DNA of 64,000 bases, from positions 3,306 through 67,305 of IMG/VR virus record IMGVR_UViG_3300037420_001238; one strand, 5' to 3'. Below are positions 1 through 7,354 of this stretch, piece by piece; position 1 is the stretch's first letter, and each line of letters begins with the position of its first letter. This stretch comes from a virus (lineage: Duplodnaviria > Caudoviricetes). The position numbers and the translations under genes are program-made. The notes beneath the pieces were generated by a model. The model had not been told where the DNA came from and did not search any database. It saw only the letters and a list, made by a program, of their open reading frames with translations.

Positions 1-14
1 AGAGGAGTCAGCAC

Positions 15-149
15 ATGTTCACGCACCACGAAACCCGCCACGAAGCGCAGCACAGAGGCAAGCCGGGCAAGGTCCGGCGGAATGACCGGCGGGCAGTCAT
101 AGCCCGCAAACACGCCTTCATGATAGACGTCTTGAACGTCCGTCACTAG
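15..149 (+). CDS. Small hypothetical protein (44 aa)
   Basis: GAGGAG RBS, then ATG at 15; MFTHHETRHEAQ...VLNVRH, TAG. Below the ORF track cutoff. Confidence 0.45.
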   Translation: MFTHHETRHEAQHRGKPGKVRRNDRRAVIARKHAFMIDVLNVRH

Positions 150-238
150 CCGCTCTGTTACCGGTCCTTCATCGGACCGGCTTCACGGCAGTTAGGCCGA
201 CCTGGGGCAATTGTGCCCTGATATGAAAGGAAACGACA

Positions 239-712
239 ATGTCAACCGTCAAGCAGCTCGCAGGCGAGCTTTACCGCGCTCTTGAACCGAAAACGCGAGA
301 CAATGGGGATATCTTTTACAGCCTGAAAGAAGGCTCTCCGGAGTGGATGACGGACGCAATTCGCGCCGCCCATGATAGCGCCAATATGCTGCCGGACGAC
401 TGGCGCTATGAGCGCATCCACGATGCAGCCGCCGCTATCGAGGATGCCGACGACATCGCGGATGCGGGCGACGAATTCGCCGACGGAGTTGACGTCTACA
501 ATGCCAAGCTCTTGGCCTGGGCCGGTTCGCACGCCTTTCGCGTGGCCTATTGCGACGACGCCATGGACGAATTCGGCAAGCCTGAGAGCCTCGCCCAGCT
601 GCTGCAGTGGGGCCAGATGACAGAGCGCCGAGAGGTGTTCGACCAGTTGGCCGATTTCCTCGCGTCGATCGCTGACGACGACAGCAACGACGAAGACGAA
701 AGTGAGGGCTGA
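239..712 (+). CDS. Ocr-like acidic DNA-mimic / anti-restriction protein
   Basis: Very D/E-rich with an acidic tail (DDDSNDEDESEG). The pattern PDDWRY..I..DEFADGVDVYN..LL.W..SH..R..YCDDA..EFG...L..LLQ.GQ..ERREVF resembles phage Ocr (gp0.3)-like proteins. Strong RBS GAAAGGA. Confidence 0.6.
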   Translation: MSTVKQLAGELYRALEPKTRDNGDIFYSLKEGSPEWMTDAIRAAHDSANMLPDDWRYERIHDAAAAIEDADDIADAGDEFADGVDVYNAKLLAWAGSHAFRVAYCDDAMDEFGKPESLAQLLQWGQMTERREVFDQLADFLASIADDDSNDEDESEG

Positions 713-977
713 ACCGATGGCATATGTTCTCGGAATTGGCGATATGCTCGACGCGCTGGACCAGTGCGACCACCCTGAAGCCCGCGCTTTCATCGTGGAA
801 GCGGAACAGCTCGCTAATCGCATGGCGGCAGCGATCTGCAGCGCAGTCGATGGCGTGTCCTGCAGCGCTGCCAAGTATGACATGGGTTCAGTCCACGCGG
901 TCTTTTCGCCCGTCGACGGCACCCCCCTTCCTGATCTTCTGGAAGGCTACGACACTCCAAGCGAATGGGGTGCTTGA
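702..977 (+). CDS. Hypothetical phage protein
   Basis: Sits in the tightly packed rightward early operon. The true start may be ATG at 717. Confidence 0.7.
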   Translation: MRAEPMAYVLGIGDMLDALDQCDHPEARAFIVEAEQLANRMAAAICSAVDGVSCSAAKYDMGSVHAVFSPVDGTPLPDLLEGYDTPSEWGA

Positions 978-1171
978 CCATGGCCTATGTCCGCAAAACC
1001 CGCAATGAATGGCGGCTGCATATCGATTATGGGCAGGGTTTTGAGCATGAGGTGTCGGAAGACACCCTTACCGAAATCAATGCGCGTTGCCGGGAATATC
1101 GGGAGAACTGCCCGGAATATCCGCGCAAGATCACCGGCCCGCATCGTGTCAAGGTCGAGGCCGGCCAATGA
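965..1171 (+). CDS. Hypothetical phage protein
   Basis: Overlaps both neighbours in operon fashion. Likely start is MAYVRK. Confidence 0.65.
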   Translation: MGCLTMAYVRKTRNEWRLHIDYGQGFEHEVSEDTLTEINARCREYRENCPEYPRKITGPHRVKVEAGQ

Positions 1172-1311
1172 TCCGCGACATGCTCAGAGACCTCGCCTCT
1201 TTCCTCGCGATGGCGTTTTTCGTGGTGGCGATGTTCGTCGCCCTGCCCGCCTTCGTCGCCATCTTCCACGATCAACAGACCGCAATTGTTGCGGCAAGCG
1301 AAAGGAATTGA
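1168..1311 (+). CDS. Small single-TM membrane protein
   Basis: ATGA overlap with the upstream gene; hydrophobic stretch LASFLAMAFFVVAMFVALPAFVAIF. Confidence 0.7.
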   Translation: MIRDMLRDLASFLAMAFFVVAMFVALPAFVAIFHDQQTAIVAASERN

Positions 1312-1313
1312 TC

Positions 1314-1631
1314 ATGCCACACACCCCTAGTCCGCTGACCGTAAAGACGGCCAGCAATGGAGATTGCGCCGTCATCAAATTCGACGAAAAGCAGTGCATC
1401 GTGGCTGAATGCTACGCCGCAATCCGCTACCACGACGAAGACTCGCGCGATGAGGCTTTAGCCAATGCCAGGCTTTACGCAGCCGCGCCGGATATGCTGG
1501 CCGCGCTCAAAGAGTTGGAGCCCCTTTGGCCGCTGCAGCAGATGACGCCACAAAATCAGCATCTCCCCTACTTCGTGGTGGGGCGCATGCTGCGCGATGT
1601 CATCGCCAAGGCCGAAGGCCGGGAGGGCTGA
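1314..1631 (+). CDS. Hypothetical phage protein (ANARLxAAAPxxL motif family)
   Basis: RBS AAAGGA; the motif ALANARLYAAAPDMLAAL is common in phage early proteins. Confidence 0.8.
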   Translation: MPHTPSPLTVKTASNGDCAVIKFDEKQCIVAECYAAIRYHDEDSRDEALANARLYAAAPDMLAALKELEPLWPLQQMTPQNQHLPYFVVGRMLRDVIAKAEGREG

Positions 1632-1634
1632 CCT

Positions 1635-1937
1635 ATGTCGGAATCAATCGTCACCCTGCCCTGCGGCTGTTTCTTCCAAGGTCGAAAGATGTTCTGCGCC
1701 GAAGACTGCGACGAACATGAAGAGGAGCCAGAAATGCACCAGTGCGACAATTGCGGGCGAATGTTCCCTATCGATGAATTGGACGGCAAGCCAACGATCA
1801 ACAGCAAGTTACGCCGCATCCGTGCGCGAGAAGGCCAGCGCATAATGCTCCGTCGCGCTGCCGATTTGGGATTTGAATTCGATCGTCTGGAATGCCGCCG
1901 TTGCTACGGTCCAGGCTATGAGCAGGCGGGAGGCTGA
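1635..1937 (+). CDS. Cys-rich (Zn-binding-like) hypothetical protein
   Basis: CxC, CxxxC, CxxC and CxxC motifs; RBS GGAGG. Confidence 0.7.
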   Translation: MSESIVTLPCGCFFQGRKMFCAEDCDEHEEEPEMHQCDNCGRMFPIDELDGKPTINSKLRRIRAREGQRIMLRRAADLGFEFDRLECRRCYGPGYEQAGG

Positions 1938-1940
1938 CCG

Positions 1941-2186
1941 ATGCAACCTGCAAAATTGAAAAAGGGCGATTTGGTTCAACTCTCTCCTGAGACGTGCAGA
2001 AATCCAATGTTCGGGGCCTGCATAATGGTGGTGACGGAACAAAAGTCGTTTGGTGCACAGGGATATGTGCAGGCCCTTGGAGAGAACGGAACCATCGGCG
2101 GTCAAGCTTTCTATCGCGCCAATTGGTATGAAATGGAGCCATGCGGCAAGGCTGTATGGATGCTAGACCGCTATCAGGATGGCTGA
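1941..2186 (+). CDS. Hypothetical phage protein
   Basis: RBS GGAGG; in operon. Confidence 0.75.
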   Translation: MQPAKLKKGDLVQLSPETCRNPMFGACIMVVTEQKSFGAQGYVQALGENGTIGGQAFYRANWYEMEPCGKAVWMLDRYQDG

Positions 2187-2200
2187 CCGATTTCAGCCGC

Positions 2201-2224
2201 GACCGGCCGCCGGGCCGGTCTTCC
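2201..2224 (+). terminator. GC-rich hairpin (terminator-like or processing site)
   Basis: Perfect 8-bp stem GACCGGCC-GCCG-GGCCGGTC, followed by only TTCC (weak U tract). Confidence 0.4.
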
Positions 2225-2264
2225 TACCACCGCGATTGTGCGGCAATTTGAAAGGAGTATATCC

Positions 2265-2933
2265 ATGAGCTTCCATGTATTCTTTGCTTTCTCCACCGGC
2301 CTTTCGCGTCCGATAACCGTGCCAATCGGCACTTTGCAGAAATGCATCGACCACGTCGAGCAGGTCGAGGAAGCGCTTGGCCTTGAGCGCGAGCGCTACG
2401 AGGATAATCCTATCCATTGGAATTCTCGCGGTCGCTTCAAAGAAGTCGACAACGGTGAGCTTTGTCAAGTTGTTGAAGATCATAATGAATGGGTGCGCCA
2501 GTTCTATTTCTACCTCGACAAATGGGCGAAGGAGCCTGTCATTGGCGGCGAAGAACTGACTCCCGATCAAGCGACTCAATTCTGGCACGGCCTGGAGATA
2601 TTGAAGGTTCCGACCGAGCGATGGACCGGAGACTACTACCGTGCACGCATGGACGAACTCTATGAGGTGATGCGCGGGCGCGAAGCTGCAGGTATGTCAT
2701 TCGGCGTCAAGAAGCTCACCGAAAAGCAGGCCGCTGCTGTCATTCGCATTTTCGACCAGTACCTTGATCCAGATGATTATCGGCTCGATGTTCCGCACGG
2801 CCGTGATTATCTGGCGTCATCCTATGACGGCGGATACGACTGGTGCGGAGTGTGTGGCCGTGCAATGGTCTGGGAAGATACGCAATGGTGCAAGCGCCGT
2901 AAATGCGAATTGCGAGAACAATTCTATGACTGA
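2265..2933 (+). CDS. Hypothetical protein with C-terminal CxxC/CxxxxC
   Basis: RBS GAAAGGAG before ATG 2265; C-terminal WCGVCG...WCKRRKC. Confidence 0.8.
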   Translation: MSFHVFFAFSTGLSRPITVPIGTLQKCIDHVEQVEEALGLERERYEDNPIHWNSRGRFKEVDNGELCQVVEDHNEWVRQFYFYLDKWAKEPVIGGEELTPDQATQFWHGLEILKVPTERWTGDYYRARMDELYEVMRGREAAGMSFGVKKLTEKQAAAVIRIFDQYLDPDDYRLDVPHGRDYLASSYDGGYDWCGVCGRAMVWEDTQWCKRRKCELREQFYD

Positions 2934-3312
2934 GCAGCACCTTGACACCCATCCGCCACCGGCAGCAAATCCCTTCGCCTCCAATGCGAAGGGAATGACC
3001 ATGACGCGCAAGCGATTCGAGTATGTCCGGATGACGGGCGAGGAATTTACAGCCGATCTGAAAGCGATCGGCATGCCCGTCACAGCTTTCGCGCGGATCA
3101 CTGGATCAATTGCTGACCGAGTCCAGAAATGGGCCGATGGCCAGGAAGATATCCCCACATGGGTTCCTATCCTCACGGCCATCTTCAAGAACGTGCCTGG
3201 TGCGCTACCTGAAGCACGCCAGGCAGCAGCCGAGAGGATCTTGCGAGACCTCAACGACCCGAAAGGCAGGGAATTCCCATATTTGGAGAAGGAGGAAGAC
3301 AATGACGAGTGA
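2926..3312 (+). CDS. Putative XRE/HTH DNA-binding protein
   Basis: MTGEEFTADLKAIGMPVTAFARITGSIADRVQKWADGQEDIP is an HTH-like pattern. Alternative start at 2995. Confidence 0.6.
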   Translation: MTEQHLDTHPPPAANPFASNAKGMTMTRKRFEYVRMTGEEFTADLKAIGMPVTAFARITGSIADRVQKWADGQEDIPTWVPILTAIFKNVPGALPEARQAAAERILRDLNDPKGREFPYLEKEEDNDE

Positions 3313-3673
3313 TGTTATTTACCCAAAAGGCCGCTATCTCGCCTTTGCAATCGGTCGTGAGCCGCTCGGCGGCATGCGCGACTGCATAGGCGGCTTTGAC
3401 ACTTTCGAGGAAGCAAAAAACGCTGTTTTGAGCGAGGCAATGAATGATCTGCAAATTGTGGATACAGCGACGGGAAATCTCACCGAAGGTATCGAGGAAA
3501 TTCTCGCAATCGGAAATGCACAAGCCGCCCTCGAAGAGGAAGGCATTATCGCCGACGACAGCTTCGCAGCGCACTTCCTCGATCACCCGGAACTGAAGCG
3601 CATGCATGCTCAAAGTGCAAAATCCGGTGAAGGCGGTCACCCAAAGGAGCGCGACGATGACGACGATGCTTGA
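3302..3673 (+). CDS. Hypothetical acidic protein
   Basis: RBS GGAGGA; overlaps both neighbours. Confidence 0.75.
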   Translation: MTSDVIYPKGRYLAFAIGREPLGGMRDCIGGFDTFEEAKNAVLSEAMNDLQIVDTATGNLTEGIEEILAIGNAQAALEEEGIIADDSFAAHFLDHPELKRMHAQSAKSGEGGHPKERDDDDDA

Positions 3674-3872
3674 AGACTGGATGCAAGAAGCCGCAAACCG
3701 CCGGATGGATTGGCTCGAAAGCGTGCTTGCGAAGCTGCTGAATGACGGAGTCCCGAAAGAGGATATCCAGATACAGGAGCATCCCGATCTTGTCACCGTG
3801 GTGGCCGTTCGAGGCGAGCCGATGTGCCAGTTTCAGATCAAATTCAACACGGGATGGCGCGACCATGATTGA
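3657..3872 (+). CDS. Hypothetical protein
   Basis: RBS AAGGAG; overlaps both neighbours. Confidence 0.7.
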   Translation: MTTMLEDWMQEAANRRMDWLESVLAKLLNDGVPKEDIQIQEHPDLVTVVAVRGEPMCQFQIKFNTGWRDHD

Positions 3873-5319
3873 CATCGGCCAAACCAATTCCGGCAAGGTG
3901 GTCTCCCTTCCCCTCGCCCGCGCCAATCGTCACGGGCTGGTGACCGGCTCAACAGGCACTGGCAAGTCGACGACGTTGCAGAGACTCGCCGAGCAATTCT
4001 CAGCCGCAGGCGTGTCAGTTTTCGCCGCAGACGTGAAGGGCGATCTCAGCGGCATCGCAGCGGCCGGCGACGAGCAATCGCCGCTGGCGGCCAAGGCTAA
4101 GGCCATGGGCAGGCAATTCCAAGCCGGGCGATATCCTGTCGCGTTCTGGGATCTGTTCGGCGTGCACGGGCTGCCAATTCATACCAGCGTGCAGGAGATG
4201 GGCAGCGAGATCCTCGCCCGCATGCTCGGCCTGAACGACACCCAACAGGGAAGCTTGGCGATTGCCTTCCGGAAATCCGACGACGATCGAAGCTGGATGC
4301 TCACCTTGGATGATCTACGCTGGACCCTGCATTCCATGCTTGAGGACCGGGAGGATGTTTGCCGGCAATATGGCAACATCACCGCGTCGTCGATATCGGC
4401 CATCCAGCGGCAATTGCTCGCCCTCGAATCAAACGGTGGCGCCCACCTGTTCGGCGAGCCAGCGTTCAACATCCTCGACTTCATCCGGACCGAAGACGGC
4501 AAGGGCGTGGTCAATTTGCTGCACGCCGATCGGCTGATCGAAAACCCGAAGCTCTATTCCGTCTTCCTGCTATGGCTGCTAACGGAATTGTTCCGCGTGC
4601 TGCCGGAAGCCGGCGACCTGCCGAAGCCGAAGCTTGTCTTCTTCTTCGACGAAGCGCATCTGCTGTTCAAGGATGCACCAAAAGCTTTGACCGATCAGAT
4701 CGAGCGCCTGGTGCGCCTAGTGCGATCGAAAGGCGTGGGCGTCTTCTTTGTCACCCAATCGCCGGCAGACGTGCCCGATACCGTGCTTGCGCAGCTCGGC
4801 AGCCGTATCCAACATGCCTTGCGCGCCTATACCGCCAAAGACCAGAAAATGGTGCGTGCGGCCGCCCAGGCATTCCGCGAGAACCGCGGCGTCGATGTGA
4901 AGAAGGAAATCACACAGCTGGCCGTCGGCGAGGCCCTGATCTCCGTCCTGGATGAGGAAGGAGTTCCAACCCGCGTCGAGAAGATATCCGTGTTTCCGCC
5001 AAGCGCCCAAGTCGGACCGATTTCGAAAATGGAACGGGAAGCGTTGATGGCCGCTACCACCCTGCGCCAGCGCTACGGCGTCACGCCGACCGTGGACGAA
5101 GCAGTCCATAGCTTCATGAACAGAATGCGCCAGCAGCGCGGCCTGGTGGCCGCTGAGACCGCCGGCGGCTGGCATGAAGGTGACTATCGCAAATACCTGC
5201 CTAACCTGTCAGGCGAGCCGGAGAAACGTGGGCCGGGCCGACTGCACTATCTTATGCGGTTGAGCTTCTGGTCTGCCATCACGGCAGGATCTGTGCTATT
5301 CCTACGGGCAATGATTTGA
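3865..5319 (+). CDS. DUF853 / YjgR-family HerA-like ATPase with C-terminal hydrophobic tail
   Basis: ANRHGLVTGSTGTGKS (Walker A), ADVKGDLSG, KPKLVFFFDEAHLLF (Walker B), LVRSKGVGVFFVTQSP and QLGSRIQHALRAYT are hallmark DUF853 segments. Confidence 0.92.
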   Translation: MIDIGQTNSGKVVSLPLARANRHGLVTGSTGTGKSTTLQRLAEQFSAAGVSVFAADVKGDLSGIAAAGDEQSPLAAKAKAMGRQFQAGRYPVAFWDLFGVHGLPIHTSVQEMGSEILARMLGLNDTQQGSLAIAFRKSDDDRSWMLTLDDLRWTLHSMLEDREDVCRQYGNITASSISAIQRQLLALESNGGAHLFGEPAFNILDFIRTEDGKGVVNLLHADRLIENPKLYSVFLLWLLTELFRVLPEAGDLPKPKLVFFFDEAHLLFKDAPKALTDQIERLVRLVRSKGVGVFFVTQSPADVPDTVLAQLGSRIQHALRAYTAKDQKMVRAAAQAFRENRGVDVKKEITQLAVGEALISVLDEEGVPTRVEKISVFPPSAQVGPISKMEREALMAATTLRQRYGVTPTVDEAVHSFMNRMRQQRGLVAAETAGGWHEGDYRKYLPNLSGEPEKRGPGRLHYLMRLSFWSAITAGSVLFLRAMI

Positions 5320-5328
5320 GGTGCTGCA

Positions 5329-5640
5329 ATGGACTCTGATTTCAAGAAATGGGTGGCCGCCATCGGCTTCAATCGCAAGGAAGTGGCGAAGGCCGGCGAG
5401 TTGATCGGCATCGGCCGCAATTCTTCGCAGGAGAGAAATCAAGGGCTGAAAGACTGCTCTCTGACGGAGCGCTTGGCCATGTCGGCGATCGCCGCTGGAC
5501 TGCCGCCGTGGGAGCCGAGCAATGAGGAAGAGATTGAAGCTTGCCGGCAGATCATCGAGCCGTTTCGGAAGATCCTTGCCGACCAGCGTCCTTCCTATCG
5601 GCCTTCGGCTTCCAGCGGGCGGCATATTCCCGCGGAGTGA
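5329..5640 (+). CDS. Putative HTH DNA-binding protein
   Basis: MDSDFKKWVAAIGFNRKEVAKAGELIGIG is an XRE-like pattern; RBS GAGG. Confidence 0.6.
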   Translation: MDSDFKKWVAAIGFNRKEVAKAGELIGIGRNSSQERNQGLKDCSLTERLAMSAIAAGLPPWEPSNEEEIEACRQIIEPFRKILADQRPSYRPSASSGRHIPAE

Positions 5641-6427
5641 TCATTCCGAAGAACAATGAGACCTGGTCAAGGCCGTTGTGGATCTGATCCATGACGGCCT
5701 TTTGCTTTGCCTGGGGCAGCCCGTCGAAGATCCAGACGTCCTTGTAGACGAGTTGCTCAAGCACGCGCAGTGGCTCCGACCTGAATGCATATGCCTGCTC
5801 TTCGAACTCCTCGCCCTTCTCGTCACGGTATTTGATCTTCGACCAGCGCAGAGGCACCATTTGCGCCATCTGTTCCCGCAGGCGAGCAAGCGACGTAACA
5901 CAGTCGAATTTGAAATCGCTGATAAGCACCGGCGTCCCGCCGCCGGAACCACCTTCAAGATTGGCGGATTTCAGTCCGGCCGGCTCGGCGCCGATGAAGA
6001 GATCGCGGAGCTTGATTCCTGCGGAGAACCTCACGTTGCCCATTCCAGAGGAGTCATGCTTGGTCTCAAGGCGATTATGACTGGCCAACCATTCGAACGG
6101 CGCAGCGCTAAGATCGATGGCAATGACCCGCGCACGCTCAATGGCGGCAATCTCCCGCCCTCGCCCGCCGTTGCCATGCGCCGGCAGGTTCCATTCCCCG
6201 CGCATAACCCGGGCGATATAGAGGTCGCCGGTGTCGTCCTCGATACCGCTGAATTCCCAATCCGGCCATTCGAAGATCTTCGCGCAGCGATCATAAAACA
6301 GGTTGCGGGCATGTTCATGCGCCCGCTCCCGGCCATAGAATGCGAAGAGCGGCACATGCCGCCTCATCATCCGCGCCTCCCGCGCCGCCCTCTGCTTGGC
6401 TCTGAGCTTATCCTTGAGCGATGCCAT
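5552..6427 (-). CDS. Putative late-transcription regulator (Q-position gene, DUF6456-like)
   Basis: Last gene of the leftward replication operon. DLSAAPFEWLASHNRL...RFSAGIKLRDLF loosely resembles the DUF6456 pattern. Function is inferred from position. Confidence 0.45.
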   Translation of the reverse strand: MASLKDKLRAKQRAAREARMMRRHVPLFAFYGRERAHEHARNLFYDRCAKIFEWPDWEFSGIEDDTGDLYIARVMRGEWNLPAHGNGGRGREIAAIERARVIAIDLSAAPFEWLASHNRLETKHDSSGMGNVRFSAGIKLRDLFIGAEPAGLKSANLEGGSGGGTPVLISDFKFDCVTSLARLREQMAQMVPLRWSKIKYRDEKGEEFEEQAYAFRSEPLRVLEQLVYKDVWIFDGLPQAKQKAVMDQIHNGLDQVSLFFGMITPREYAARWKPKADRKDAGRQGSSETAR

Positions 6428-6776
6428 TTCTCATTTTCCTCTGCAGCGGACCGCGAAGCTGCTTCTTGCCGAGCGGCAGCAATTCCCAATCGATACCGTT
6501 GAGCTTCCCGCGGTCGAGCGGGAAGCCGTCGTCCATCCTGATCTCTTTGAGCTCCAGCAACCGCATCCGGCGTTCGTGATCTGTCATGGTGCTGCGGCCC
6601 TTGTATTCTGACCGGCCGATGATGCCGGCGATCTGCTTCACGCGCATGCCCATGACGAAGGCGATCGATCGTTCGGAGTATCCGACCATCCACAGGACGT
6701 AGATCACGTACCTGTCGGGATCGGTGTGCCGCCGACGCTCCGCAGGGATGTCGAGCTTAAACTTTCTGGCGAGCAA
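6408..6776 (-). CDS. HTH-domain protein
   Basis: YVLWMVGYSERSIAFVMGMRVKQIAGII is helix-turn-helix-like. Confidence 0.6.
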   Translation of the reverse strand: MLARKFKLDIPAERRRHTDPDRYVIYVLWMVGYSERSIAFVMGMRVKQIAGIIGRSEYKGRSTMTDHERRMRLLELKEIRMDDGFPLDRGKLNGIDWELLPLGKKQLRGPLQRKMRNGIAQG

Positions 6777-7098
6777 CCTTCTTACCCCTCTTCTTTTCGA
6801 CCACGAAAGGCCGGAATGAACCGGTCTTTCGGATCAATTGCCCCTCTGCATAGGCTTCCGCCTTCTTCCTGCGCCAATCGTCGAGGCCAAGGACGTCGAC
6901 GGAGCGCTGCTCCGGTGTCTTGGGTGCCGGAACCGGCCGAACGTGTTCCCTGGCCGCCCTGATGGCCTGCAGCGAGGTTTCAAACAGTGCCGGTCGACCA
7001 TCCTCCCGCAGAAGGACGTTGAAAGGCTCGTCACCACAGCGGTAGAGCCCGGCATAGCCGCCGGGCATGCTGATCTGGCTGAATTCGAAATCAGCCAT
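6757..7098 (-). CDS. Hypothetical protein
   Basis: In operon; start MADFEF overlaps the upstream stop. Confidence 0.7.
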   Translation of the reverse strand: MADFEFSQISMPGGYAGLYRCGDEPFNVLLREDGRPALFETSLQAIRAAREHVRPVPAPKTPEQRSVDVLGLDDWRRKKAEAYAEGQLIRKTGSFRPFVVEKKRGKKVARQKV

Positions 7099-7354
7099 CG
7101 CGCCGGCCCATCTTGTGCGCAAGCCGGATCGTATAGGCCAAGTTGTCGACTATTTCCTTGCGGATAGGCCTCTCAACGGCGCCGAGTTCATGTTTTATGC
7201 CGCCGCGATCACTCAGGTTGGAGAGAACGCCTCGCGCTGCGACGACCGCCCAATCCTTTGGCGCTCTGGCTTTTCCACGATCGTTCGCGTCGTAGGGAAA
7301 TTCGATCCCGTGCTCGAGCCTTATCTTCGCATACTGCTTTTGCTTCTTGTCCAT
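7091..7354 (-). CDS. Hypothetical protein
   Basis: Start overlaps the stop of the primase-helicase. Confidence 0.7.
   Translation of the reverse strand: MDKKQKQYAKIRLEHGIEFPYDANDRGKARAPKDWAVVAARGVLSNLSDRGGIKHELGAVERPIRKEIVDNLAYTIRLAHKMGRRDG

Noticed and set aside
218-235. CTGATATGAAAGGAAAC resembling a hammerhead ribozyme core (also CCGATGAGGAC...GTCGGAA near 63947-63968)
   Set aside because: Neither fits CUGANGA-stemII-GAAA. The first is explained by an RBS.
3302-5640. HerA-based anti-phage defence system (Sir2-HerA, NurA-HerA, DUF4297-HerA)
   Set aside because: The neighbours are small hypothetical/HTH genes with no Sir2 or nuclease motifs, and the ATPase is the DUF853 subtype.
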